A stretch of DNA of 64,000 bases from Selaginella moellendorffii (GCF_000143415.4 NW_003314302.1:933820-997819); one strand, 5' to 3'; shown: positions 27,201 to 39,489, numbered from the stretch's first letter. Notes: generated from the sequence alone by a model not told the origin. A program made the numbers and translations.

Positions 27201-29908
27201 CGAGCTCACAACCTGCATAAGGTAAGGTCACGTGAGGCCTCACGCCATTTTGATTATAGATCGTTGTGAATATTCAGACACGAGGACTGAAAAGCGCACT
27301 GGTGGCGCATCGAAGAAGGACAAACAGAAAAGTAATAGGAAAAAAGGAGGTACAAATTATATTTGCAATGGCGTGTGGTCTCATGCCATTCCTTGCAGGA
27401 GAAACTTCTTCAAAGGCAAAACAGGCAAGCACCAGCCAAGCTCAAACTGACAGTGGTCATAAAAAGCGAAAGCACGTTGGACAGTCGTCGAGATCAGAGG
27501 CGTTTGATTCGAAAAGGAAGAAGGGCAACGAAAAGATGATAGGTAATGCCTCGCGGTTATGGCGTGTGTGCTCATGCCATTCATTGCAGATCAAGGGCTG
27601 AGTGAAAGCAGGCAGTCACCACCTCATGACTCAGATTCCTATGGCGGACTCCCCTTCCCCAATCTCAATGGAGAGGTACAATGGATGAGGGAAGCTTTTC
27701 AAGGCAGGGCCACGTTTTTCTCATCTCGTCGTCTTCGAAGGGTGCAAGAACGTGCAGAAACCATGTTAAGACAGTCAGGTGAGGATACGGTCCTAGGTCA
27801 CGCACTAAAACAGGCTATGGATGTCTTGTATTTTGAGATGGAGACTCGGCCAGATGATTTTCCCAAGATGGTCCTGGAAGAACAAGCCATCCAGCCTGAG
27901 CAGCCTATGGAAGAAATGCAGGAGGGGGATGAGGAGCCAGAGAAAGATAATGAGCAGGAAGAGCAGAAGGACGAAGAGGAGGACAAAGAAGAGGAGGACG
28001 AAGAAGAGGAGGACGAAGAGGACTTGGATGGTCCTCACAATGGTGACGATCACAATAACGACGACGACGATGATGACGACGATGGCCAGCCTGAGGTGGC
28101 CAAAGAGCGGCGGAGGAAGGTCATACAAGACAAACCATCAGGTAAATAATAATACATCCATTCCTAACCTTTTACCATTTCTAACATTGTCCATGTAGGT
28201 CGCAGAGCAAATGGTAAGTAGAGATTATTCAGTTGAATTTACAAACTCTAGCCTTTAGTGTCGAGGAAGGATAGTGCCAAGCAAGGGTCGAAACGTATGT
28301 CCAATCCTTCAGAATCAGCAGTGCGCTCAAGTGATATCGGTCCTAGTTCCTCAATAGCAGTTGATGGTAAATACAGTATAGTCGATTCAATGTGCTAATG
28401 AGTTTGTTTTTAGTAGCACGGGAGGATACCATCTCAATCGAAGGGAGATATTTGGACATGCATATGGATCCGCCAGTGGACTCTACTTGGCTGCAAGAGT
28501 CATCAGAGCTGGTGGAGGCTACTATCCATATCAACGCCAAGCAAGCTGACCACGCTCCACTTGATGCTGCCCATACCACTGAGTCAATCTTGTCCACGTA
28601 TCCAACTGACGGTGACCAGGCGCCATTGGACCCACATGAGGCCGCCCCAGCCGCCGAGCCGGTCGTATCCTCATTTCCAACGGACTCAACGTGTGCCCAA
28701 TCGTCTGACTACGCGCCGTTAGAACCTCCCTACACCGCCCCTGCTGCCTGTTCGGTCATGTCCACTTTGCCAACGGAGGCACCAGCTGAAATGGCGTGTG
28801 ATCACACGCCATCGGAACCACCCCATGCCACTGTTGAGCCAGTTGTACCAGAGTCTACAGCTGAAATGGCATGTGCCCACACGCCATCGGATGCGATTGA
28901 CCCCACATTGCAGAGGAGAGTATTTCCGCCCTTCACGTTTCCTCGACCAAAACCCTCTCAACGACCATCGGGAGCAACATTCGCTAATATTGTAGATGGT
29001 AAAATTGACTTGTACCATTTTTTATGCTGACGCATTTCATTTCAGAGTCATGGCGAAGGTAGTGTATCGTTTTTCATCTGAACGGTGTCCTTTTCTCCCA
29101 TGAGCGTGGCTCGTCCTCGAATGTCATTGCACCCTCCAAAGCCTGTGGTCGCAAGTTGGTCAAAAGAGACAGATTCACATTAATCACACGGGAGAAACTG
29201 CGGGATCTAATAATGACCATGCGACACTTAAAACAGAGGGCCGGGTTCAATTTGCAATTGGGAGTTTGGACATCCATGATGCGCCACAATGCATTAACGT
29301 TGCTACAGATGATGCACGATCAGACGCGAGTAATATTACCATTTGACTTTCTCCTAACGCAGGAGGATTGCTTGACTATGGTCCATGTGAGGGGTAGCAA
29401 GCCCATCTTCGTCAAGCCAGAGGCTGTAGTGATGAACCGGACTGCTAGCTCAAGTGAAATCCTCATCATCAATGACTCGCCGATTAAAACTGCAGCGAAC
29501 ACGCACACATATGCAGTGCACCCCATCTCTTGCAGTATGGAAACTAGGGAGAAGAAACCGTATGTTCTGGGGGACCTTGCAAAACGGCTTGGAGCGATGG
29601 TGATAGAGAACCGGCCAGTCCAGGAGGTGGCTGCAGAAATCAACCAAATGGCAGATGGAACGGTATATCAGAAGCCATTTGATCGGACAGACACCAGTCA
29701 TCATTTATGGCATGTATATTGTCTAGCCAAGCACTATCCGCATCTCCATAATCTGCTCAACCGGATGAGTTCTTCGACCACTGAACATGAGCGTGGACGT
29801 ATTAGAGAAGAGATGGCATTACTATTGGGTTTAAATCCTGATAGTGTGGAGAGTGATGAAATTCCAAGATTATTGTATAGGCGTTGGAGGCAAAAAATAA
29901 CAGTCTGA
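24286..29908 (+). pseudogene. Transposon cargo gene (~1649 aa, 11 exons): ParB/Srx-like, N4/N6-MTase-like, acidic low-complexity and FCP1/NIF-like HAD domains; two premature stops in this copy
   Basis: Predicted GT-AG introns: 24289-24527, 25707-25760, 27085-27134, 27222-27259, 27350-27398, 27543-27589, 28142-28198, 28214-28258, 28367-28413, 28999-29045. Splicing them gives a continuous 4950-nt frame broken only by TAA 27218-27220 and TAG 29060-29062 (TAC in copy 3). Confidence 0.72.
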
Positions 29909-31178
29909 GATGGCATGTATTTATTTAAAAATGTAACTTATTATGGCATGGGGTTCCATGCCATTGTATTAATATTAAAAGACAATTCTTTGAGAGGATT
30001 TGCATTATACTAGAAGTGTTACAGCATGTTATTGGAAGTCTACGAAGTTGTTTTATTAATAATGGGAAAGTAAAGATTGAATGGGGACTTGGGCTCCACC
30101 TAGACTCGGAGCAACTGAGCCAATATTAAAAGGATGGAAAGAAATTGGACGACGATGACAAGGAGAAGAGAGAGGTGAAGCAGTGGCAGGAGGAGGAGAA
30201 GTGATTGAGTAGACATTTCCTTGTTTAAAATAAAATGGCATGTGCCTCAATGCAGTTGAATTTTGTTATATTTATATACTATATAAAGGTTTGGAAACCT
30301 TATTTTACAAGTGGGATAATGACAATTCCCACTTTAACGAAATAGAGCTTGTGTGTGGGATTATAGGGTGAGCATACCTGGATTGAGGAACCACTCCCTA
30401 GGCTATTGGGTAGGTTCATCCCTAAGAATACTTGCTAAGACATGATAGAAAGTGCAAAGCTATCTTCCTGGTCTGGAGGAGAATGACCGAAGGAAAGGTG
30501 TGAAGCCAAAAGCAAGAAGTATGGGGGTAGAACCAAACCATAGGAATCGAAGGGCATAACCAAGGTTGGTTATGCCAGCTGGGAGTGGAGAATCAAGTGG
30601 GGGCTCGAGGGTGTTGCCGCTAGCAACCGTGATGCCATGGAGAGTCTAAAATATGGAATTGTCCATGTTAGACTATATGGTAATTGGAAAGCTTGCAAAA
30701 AGGGAGGCCTTAGCAAGCTAAGGGACAGAGTTCCTTCAAGGTTCCCAAAGATGATTCTAGGTAGCTTAGTACCTAGAAAGGCCAAGTGTAAATGGTTCAA
30801 AGCACGTGCGAAATTAGAGTGGCGCAGCAAAAGCGTGGTCTTGAAGCTTGCCATGAGGCAAGGCTATCAAGGTTAGGGAAGTAGTTCCCGAGTGTTCAAA
30901 GAGAGGGCTTTGAACGAAAGTCGATGATCAAGGGCTTTCACACTTGTGCAGGAACCATGTTACAGTGGTCGGAGGACTTGCCAAAGCGAGATTGGCAAAT
31001 CAGGGGAACAAGTACCCTAGTTGAAGGTGATAACTTCAAAAAGGGTGGGCCATGGGGCCAAGCATGGAGGAGTCCATGCATGATCACAGACTTGTCAAGT
31101 GAGAGGACTTGGCAATGTGGAGGAATTAGGTTCTTAAGCTGTGATCTATAGCGCGCTTTGAGTATAAGTTGGTGCACT

Positions 31179-31295
31179 GGCGTGGGGAGTCACGCCAGGC
31201 ATCCTGGGTGATGCCGTCCATAGATGTATATACGGAGGTTGGGTTCGAGTCTTGACCCTCTAGTGCTTGGGTTCGAGTCCCAACTCACTAGGGCG
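31179..31295 (+). other. Hairpin cluster with two tRNA T-arm/B-box-like stem-loops in the internal region of A
   Basis: GGCGTG/CACGCC and GGCATC/GATGCC stems, followed by two GGTTCGAGTCY boxes; also at 61963-62078 (B) and ~56009-56125 on the minus strand (C). Confidence 0.65.
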
Positions 31296-32754
31296 TGGTG
31301 ATGGTTTGGAATATGAGGACACTCATTTTTCGGTGGTCATGGACTCTCAGTGTGGAGATTGCTTTGGGCACACTGCCAAGCGAGGGATGCCTCGGAGTTG
31401 TGATGCACGGTTAGATTGCTTAGAGTGAAAGCTCGGCATATCTAACTTGAACACTTTGGTGCAAAAGGCACTAAGGACGTGGTGAATGAGATGGGGACAC
31501 CCAGTCTCAGTTGCTATGGATCCTTGGCCGGAAGGGCTAGCTTGGGCGCACTGCCAAGTGTGGGGGATGCCCCCGGGGTCATAGTCAACAACCTATTAGA
31601 CCTATTAAGGGGTCAAAATGAGATCACTTGGTGACCTTATGGCTAAACAAGGACAAGGTCTTTGTTTGGATTAAGGAATATGATTCCTAGTTCAAAGTGT
31701 TGATTTGAACTATTGGTAAAGGTGTGGCTTGGTCAAGGTGACTAAGTGGGAAGGACACCTAAGGGAAATGAACTATTACAATACAATGGTATTATGAGTT
31801 CAAGAAAATAGTCTCCAGAGACAAGCCCATGGGTGGGTCACAAGGTTGGGCTAGGAAGAGAGCCTAGAACAGTGGGGAGACTTACTAGGGGTGAACACCC
31901 TAGTCTGGGCAAAGCAGATCCTTTGCTGTGGAACCAAAAGAATACCTCAAGGAGGGAGGTAATGATCTTATGTTGCTTGGTGCAACAATCCAAAGATAGG
32001 AGCAAAAGACGAGTGCCCAAGATAGGGCCGTGGAATCCATTGGAAAGAATCCAAGTGGCAAAGTTAGCCAAAGAACACTAATGTGTTTGATGCTAACGGA
32101 TTGCAGAAAAAGAAGTGGACTTCCAAGGATGGATTCCCAAGTGCTCTAATTTGGCAAAGGAAAGGCTCCAAATGAGGGAGCAGCTAAGTAGCCAAAAGAC
32201 AGGGCTGTGGACAACCCTAGCACAAATAATGATAAATGGAACATAATACCAATGGTGGCAAAAAAATTGAAAAGAGGATGAGGGTGCCCTCGAGTAGAGA
32301 ACTTCCTAGGAGGGGAAGTGGAGTTGCACAAAATGTGCAAGGCAAGGTGTCGAAGACACCTAGGAAATTGACTTCAAGAAGTCAAAAGTAAACGTTCCAA
32401 AGTGCAAAGGTAGATCAATGGAATCTGTGACTACTCAAGAATGAGTAGTGGAATTGAGTTAGAGAGGGTGTCTTTAACGGGTTTAGCGAGAATTGAACCA
32501 ATAAAAAGGAGCAACCCACCCCAGGTGGTCAAGTGAGTCTCTAAGTTGGAGAGACTATCCTCCTTAGAGGATGGGTAAGGCATGGTGAGCCTTTGGTGTC
32601 AAACCACTAACGAATATGGAGAAGGCATGGTGAGCCTTTAATGTCAAACCATTGACAAATATTGGCTAGGTGCCAAGGATGGAAATGGTAACACATGCGG
32701 GTGTTACTTTATAAAATGGTTTACCGTTCAATGAGGACATCGAACTTCATCTAT

Positions 32755-32766
32755 GGGTGGTGGAGT
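32755..32766 (+). promoter_or_regulatory. Polypurine tract of element A
   Basis: GGGTGGTGGAGT immediately before the 3' LTR TG; the same tract occurs in B and C. Confidence 0.8.
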
Positions 32767-33359
32767 TGTGAGACACAAAATCCCTAGGCCCCAAAGTAGA
32801 GCTGGAAATGGTGCCACGTGGTAGTGGCCGAAGTGAAAGCCAAATGAGCGTAACACGTTTGGACTAAAAGCTCCGACTTGAAAGGTCGAGAGTGGGAGTG
32901 GAACTCCCAACAAAGTGCTCGAGGAACAAGCACGAAGCGAGCAATAAGCGAGGCTCCAAAAGGGGACCCAAAAAGGACCAACACATGACACGTGGAACTG
33001 TCTGAGATGGACTCGAGTTGGAGTCCGAAGTGGAGTCCGAGATAGACTCGAGTTGGAGTCTGAAGTGGAGTCCGAGATGGAGTCCGAGGTGGACCCGAGA
33101 TGGAGCCGAAATGGAGTCCGAGATGGAGTCCGAGATGGAGTCCGAGGTGGACCCGAGATGGACCCGAAATGGAGTCCGAGATGGAGTCTGAGGTGGAGTC
33201 CGAGGTGGACCCGAGACGGACCCGAAATGGAGTCCGAGATGGACCCGAGATGGAGTCCGAGATGGACCCGAAATGGAGTCCGAGATGGACTCGAGATGGA
33301 GTCCGAGATGGACCCGAGATGGAGTCCGAGATGGAGTCCGAAGTCGAGACCGAGACCGG

Positions 33360-33391
<32 letters not shown>

Positions 33392-33892
33392 TCGAGACCA
33401 ACACATGACACGTGGAAGTGTCCGAGATGGAGTCCGAGACGGACCCTAGTTGGAGTCCGAGATGGACCCAAAGTGGAGTCTGATATGGAGTCTGAAGTGG
33501 AGTCCGAGATGGAGTCTGATATGGAGTCTGAGATGGACCCGAAATGGAGTCCGAAGTGGAGTCCGAGATGGAGTCCGATATGGAGTCCGAGATGGACCCA
33601 AAGTGGAGTCCAAGGTGGACCAAGACGAAGTCCGAGATGGACCCGAGATGGAGTCCGAGATGGACCCGAGATGAAGTCCGAGGTGGAGTCCGAGGTGGAC
33701 CGAGACGGAGTCCAAGATGGACCCGAGATGGAGTCCGAGATGGACCGAGACGGAGCCCGAGATGGAGTCCAAGATGGAGTCCGAGAAGGACCCGAGATGG
33801 AGTCCGAGGTCGAGACCGAGACCGAGACCGAGACCGGGACCGAGACCGGGACCGAGACCAAGACCGAGGCCAAGGCTGAGACCGAGCCCGAG
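32767..33892 (+). repeat. 3' LTR of A, left part, with a duplicated/chimeric array block
   Basis: TGTGAGACAC start after the PPT; CCAACACATGACACGTGGA occurs twice (~32978 and ~33398); truncated at the junction with transposon copy 2. Confidence 0.88.
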
Positions 33893-36800
33893 CGCCTATA
33901 CAATAATCTTGGAATTTCATCACTCTCCACACTATCAGGATTTAAACCCAATAGTAATGCCATCTCTTCTCTAATACGTCCACGCTCATGTTCAGTGGTC
34001 GAAGAACCCATCCGGTTGAGCAGATTATGGAGATGCGGATAGTGCTTGGCTAGACAATATACATGCCATAAATGATGACTGGTGTCTGTCCGATCAAATG
34101 GCTTCTGATATACCGTTCCATCTGCCATTTGGTTGATTTCTGCAGCCACCTCCTGGACTGGCCGGTTCTCTATCACCATCGCTCCAAGCCGTTTTGCAAG
34201 GTCCCCCAGAACATACGGTTTCTTCTCCCTAGTTTCCATACTGCAAGAGATGGGGTGCACTGCATATGTGTGCGTGTTCGCTGCAGTTTTAATTGGCGAG
34301 TCATCGATGATGAGGATTTCACTTGAGCTAGCAGTCCGGTTCATCACTACAGCCTCTGGCTTGACGAAGATGGGCTTGCTACCCCTCACATGGACCATAG
34401 TCAAGCAATCCTCCTGCGTTAGGAGAAAGTCAAATGGTAATATTACTCGCGTCTGATCGTGCATCATCTGTAGCAACGTTAATGCATTGTGGCGCATCAT
34501 GGATGTCCAAACTCCCAATTGCAAATTGAACCCGGCCCTCTGTTTTAAGTGTCGCATGGTCATTATTAGATCCCGCAGTTTCTCCCGTGTGATTAATGTG
34601 AATCTGTCTCTTTTGACCAACTTGCGACCACAGGCTTTGGAGGGTGCAATGACATTCGAGGACGAGCCACGCTCATGGGAGAAAAGGACACCGTTCAGAT
34701 GAAAAACGATACACTACCTTCGCCATGACTCTGAAATGAAATGCGTCAGCATAAAAAATGGTACAAGTCAATTTTACCATCTACAATATTAGCGAATGTT
34801 GCTCCCGATGGTCGTTGAGAGGGTTTTGGTCGAGGAAACGTGAAGGGTGGAAATACTCTCCTCTGCAATGTGGGGTCAATCGCATCCGATGGCGTGTGGG
34901 CACATGCCATTTCAGCTGTAGACTCTGGTACAACTGGCTCAACAGTGGCATGGGGTGGTTCCGATGGCGTGTGATCACACGCCATTTCAGCTGGTGCCTC
35001 CGTTGGCAAAGTGGACATGACCGAACAGGCAGCAGGGGCGGTGTAGGGAGGTTCTAACGGCGCGTAGTCAGACGATTGGGCACACGTTGAGTCCGTTGGA
35101 AATGAGGATACGACCGGCTCGGCGGCTGGGGCGGCCTCATGTGGGTCCAATGGCGCCTGGTCACCGTCAGTTGGATACGTGGACAAGATTGACTCAGTGG
35201 TATGGGCAGCATCAAGTGGAGCGTGGTCAGCTTGCTTGGCGTTGATATGGATAGTAGCCTCCACCAGCTCTGATGACTCTTGCAGCCAAGTAGAGTCCAC
35301 TGGCGGATCCATATGCATGTCCAAATATCTCCCTTCGATTGAGATGGTATCCTCCCGTGCTACTAAAAACAAACTCATTAGCACATTGAATCGACTATAC
35401 TGTATTTACCATCAACTGCTATTGAGGAACTAGGACCGATATCACTTGAGCGCACTGCTGATTCTGAAGGATTGGACATACGTTTCGACCCTTGCTTGGC
35501 ACTATCCTTCCTCGACACTAAAGGCTAGAGTTTGTAAATTCAACTGAATAATCTCTACTTACCATTTGCTCTGCGACCTACATGGACAATGTTAGAAATG
35601 GTAAAAGGTTAGGAATGGATGTATTATTATTTACCTGATGGTTTGTCTTGTATGACCTTCCTCCGCCGCTCTTTGGCCACCTCAGGCTGGCCATCGTCGT
35701 CATCATCGTCGTCGTCGTTATTGTGATCGTCACCATTGTGAGGACCATCCAAGTCCTCTTCGTCCTCCTCTTCTTCGTCCTCCTCTTCTTTGTCCTCCTC
35801 TTCGTCCTTCTGCTCTTCCTGCTCATTATCTTTCTCTGGCTCCTCATCCCCCTCCTGCATTTCTTCCATAGGCTGCTCAGGCTGGATGGCTTGTTCTTCC
35901 AGGACCATCTTGGGAAAATCATCTGGCCGAGTCTCCATCTCAAAATACAAGACATCCATAGCCTGTTTTAGTGCGTGACCTAGGACCGTATCCTCACCTG
36001 ACTGTCTTAACATGGTTTCTGCACGTTCTTGCACCCTTCGAAGACGACGAGATGAGAAAAACGTGGCCCTGCCTTGAAAAGCTTCCCTCATCCATTGTAC
36101 CTCTCCATTGAGATTGGGGAAGGGGAGTCTGCCATAGGAATCTGAGTCATGAGGTGGTGACTGCCTGCTTTCACTCAGCCCTTGATCTGCAATGAATGGC
36201 ATGAGCACACACGCCATAACCGCGAGGCATTACCTATCATCTTTTCGTTGCCCTTCTTCCTTTTCGAATCAAACGCCTCTGATCTCGACGACTGTCCAAC
36301 GTGCTTTCGCTTTTTATGACCACTGTCAGTTTGAGCTTGGCTGGTGCTTGCCTGTTTTGCCTTTGAAGAAGTTTCTCCTGCAAGGAATGGCATGAGACCA
36401 CACGCCATTGCAAATATAATTTGTACCTCCTTTTTTCCTATTGCTTTTCTGTTTGTCCTTCTTCGATGCGCCACCAGTGCGCTTTTCAGTCCTCGTGTCT
36501 GAATATTCACAACGATCTATAATCAAAATGGCGTGAGGCCTCACGTGACCTTACCTTATGCAGGTTGTGAGCTCGGCCCAACATGGGTATCTTCAACAGT
36601 AGCTGTTAACGCCGTTTCAGCATCTGGGGGTGGCCACGCTCCTGCATACAGAGCTTGTGAGATAACATTTAAACTTAAAGTGCATACTCACCAGGTTCGC
36701 AGAGAAGATACTGTTTTTCTTTGGCAACTGTAATTATATGCTCCATTGAAGTCACCTCTTCAATGGAGTTTGTCACCGCAACACACGGGACACCCTTGAG

Positions 36801-39489
36801 TAGTGCGGCTCGAAAGAATAGTCCGCCGCAGTTGTACTCGACAACGCATTTGCCCTTGGAGTCGGAAGCAGGTGACCCACCCGCTATTGCGTTGAAGACC
36901 CAGCTGAGCATTTCCCATGCTGCACCTGGAGCTTTCTTTGGATTCGAAAGCTCCATAGCCGTCTTCAGTTCCTCAGGCACGGGTAAATTGACCTCCCTCA
37001 GATCAATTCGATTGGCCTTGTCGAACAAAGCTGGGAAGTCACTCCAGTCCCACTCTGTTGCAGGACCAATAACAAGGGCGAGTGTGAAGATGCGGACATT
37101 CGTCGGTATCTTCTTCTTAGCCATTATCCCATGGATCTCCCGCATCTCCTTGCCTTTCAACCGAGCCTTCACCTCGTTCAAGGCCTTCCAGAACTTGTGA
37201 TAGGATTCGGAGTCGTAGATCATATAGTGGACTGAAGATTCCACCTCCGCAAGTCCCACCATTAAGTCAATGATGGAGCTGACTTCGTCTGCATGAGTGA
37301 TCTCCTCGTTTGTGAAGTCCATCACACAAAAGATGTTCTTGACCTGCTCATCTTCGCGGGAAACGATGCTCCTCCACCTTTGATCCTCATCCGAATTCAA
37401 GTATACCCGGTAAGGTTCTCGATAGGCCTCTGGTGCGGGGTCGAGCTGTTTCTGAAGCCGGCGGTCAACATCAATCTTAATGAAATTTGGATACTGATCC
37501 AACTTTTCAGCTTTACTTTTCGTGGCATCCCGCAGCAGATCGATGAACTTGGGGGCCCCCTTCACGTACTCGTCGATGTCTTCATTTGACAACTCCAGCG
37601 CTTCCATCATCTCTTGCGTGGTGTCGATGCTCACCCTCTCCACGGCCACTTGCTCGAAGATCCAATCCTTCAATAGCGCACGAGCTCTCAGAGTCGTGCA
37701 CAAGTCCTCGTATGTCACAATATGGCCGGGAGTCATTTTGGTCTTGTTGAAGACAACCTCACCACGTAGAAGAGCATTAGCCACTGTCAGAAGGTCGTCG
37801 TCGTCTAGAGACCGCGAGAAACGCAAGGCGTTGAGCTTCAAATCATTGGGCTTCCGGCCGTCCTCCACACCCATTGAGTTTGGCAACTCCCCGTCATAGT
37901 ACCTCCTCAGCACATCTACCCATTTGTCAAAAACAACTTTTGTCGCGAGTAGAATGTTATGGATGCTGAGTGTGTCATTGCCCCCAGTGTTTTCGAGAGA
38001 AGACTCGAGAATTCCTGCAATGGAAATGGCGTGAGGCCACATGCTATGCCACATACAACGAGGCTTACCTGCCAGGCGCTAGTTGCTAGTGCACGTCCTT
38101 GTCCTGGTTTTTGTGGCTTCTTCAGTTGAACCCAGAGCTTCCGTGTTCGTGCCAATGTCTCGTGCAGACCCGATTTGTAGCACGTTTCTTGCTTGACATT
38201 CTGCGCGTGGGAGATGTATATGATAGATCGGAGGGGCGAGTTGCCTTTTATCAGGCGGACAACTCTTGTCTTGAAGACTTTCTTCACCTCCTCGCCCACC
38301 ATAATATCCACAACTATCTCTTGCATCGCCAAGCTAGAATGCTGCCTGGAGACGGCATAAAACCGGATGTTCTGATCGTCCAACACCTTCCTATTGATCA
38401 AGTCTGGAAACCTCATCTCGCCCTTCATTTTTTGGTAGTAGGGGATCACGTCTGCGATGTCGGGTGTTACTGGACTTGCCAGCATCTTCTGCTTCAATTT
38501 CTCCACCCACTCATCAGATACTAGCCTGTGGTTGTATTTGCTTTGGATGTCGATACGGCTCACGTCGATTGTATATACTTTGTTGGAATAGTAACAAGTA
38601 CTATTATCTGCGACGATTTTTGCTGCCTCTTCTTGCTCTTTCTGCTCTTTGCGGCTCTTCTTTTTGGTGGGTGTAGTGTTCGAACCCGAGGCAATGGCAT
38701 CACTGAGTAGCTTCTTTTTTGGAGCAGGAGAGTCGGACGTCGGCTTGAGCTTGACCACCCTTTTCTGCTTCGAGGTAGTTTCCAGATCGACCCCCTTCCC
38801 CTTTGCTTCGCGAACTGGAGTCACTCTCAACGGCTCAATGTTGGAATATAGTTTTTGAACATCGCCGTAGGTGAGGTCCGTGGATTCCATGTGATCTTCA
38901 TAGACCCGCAGCGTCTTTGAAATTGTGGGCCTCCTGGACAACCTCTCCCTAGCTCCCTCTAGGAATTCCTCATAGCCGCTGCCCCCCTCCGGGAAGCCGC
39001 TAGGATGTGCAAGGTGGATCTTGAAGGCAGACGCTGTCTCTACCACAAGTGCCAGTCCATATTCTTGCATGGAACTGCATGGAGTGTCTGTCACTTGGAT
39101 GAGGATCCCCATGCATTCTTTTCTCCCACCATCTGTGTTGTACAGCCTCAGATCCTTGCCTTCCATCCCGAAAGTCCAACTGGTGAGCTCCTCCCCCTTC
39201 TCTGCATCCACATTGACAGTGGCTGGAAGAAGAACGCAATTCCTCGCCTGTTCAGAAATGCACAACAATTAGAGCTGACAGATGAAAAGCTAGTAGCTGG
39301 AAATAACATGAGGCCACACGCCATTCACCACTGCATCAGATGTCTTGAGGCTGCATCCTAAGATGGTGTGAGGCTACACGCCATCTGTAACCGGACTGCA
39401 CTCGAGAGCTCAATCGGTGCATGCCAATGTTGCTACTGAATGGCATGTGGCCTCATGCCATTTTCTACTTGGCCTAAAAGACTTACCAT
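33893..39489 (-). pseudogene. Cargo gene of copy 2 (frameshift ~37980, same two stops as copy 1, last codons deleted)
   Basis: ORFs 37916..39268, 36675..38054, 35627..36217, 34746..35384 and the HAD exon match copy 1. Confidence 0.8.

Larger units (their letters stand above)
18352..30256. repeat. Dispersed 22-bp palindrome ATGGCRTGNGGCCNCAYGCCAT, ~22 copies in transposon copy 1
   Basis: Starts at 18352, 18668, 18721, 20060, 20117, 21963, 22033, 22131, 22713, 22788, 23536, 23615, 24314, 24391, 24451, 25728, 27227, 27368, 27559, 28791, 28866, 29943 and 30235 (some degenerate). Conserved at equivalent positions in copies 2 and 3. Confidence 0.9.
18228..30350. mobile_element. Complete 12.1-kb Sola-like DNA transposon, copy 1
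   Basis: Perfect 24-bp TIRs AAGCTCTATTTCGTTAAAGTGGGA (18228-18251 / 30327-30350). 4-bp TSD GTGT, confirmed against the empty site in element B (~61131-61146, CTCGGTGTGTGGGATT). Contains a DDE transposase. Confidence 0.92.

Noticed and set aside
18352-30256. Palindromic repeats read as a CRISPR-like array
   Set aside because: Spacing is irregular (53 nt to >1.5 kb), copies lie inside genes, there are no cas genes, and the context is eukaryotic.
31179-31295. tRNA gene
   Set aside because: Only T-arm/B-box-like parts are present; there is no recognisable acceptor stem, D-arm/A-box or anticodon arm in tRNA spacing.
32728-34620. 630-aa ORF fusing the HAD exon to repeat sequence
   Set aside because: Chance read-through across the deletion junction at ~33892.
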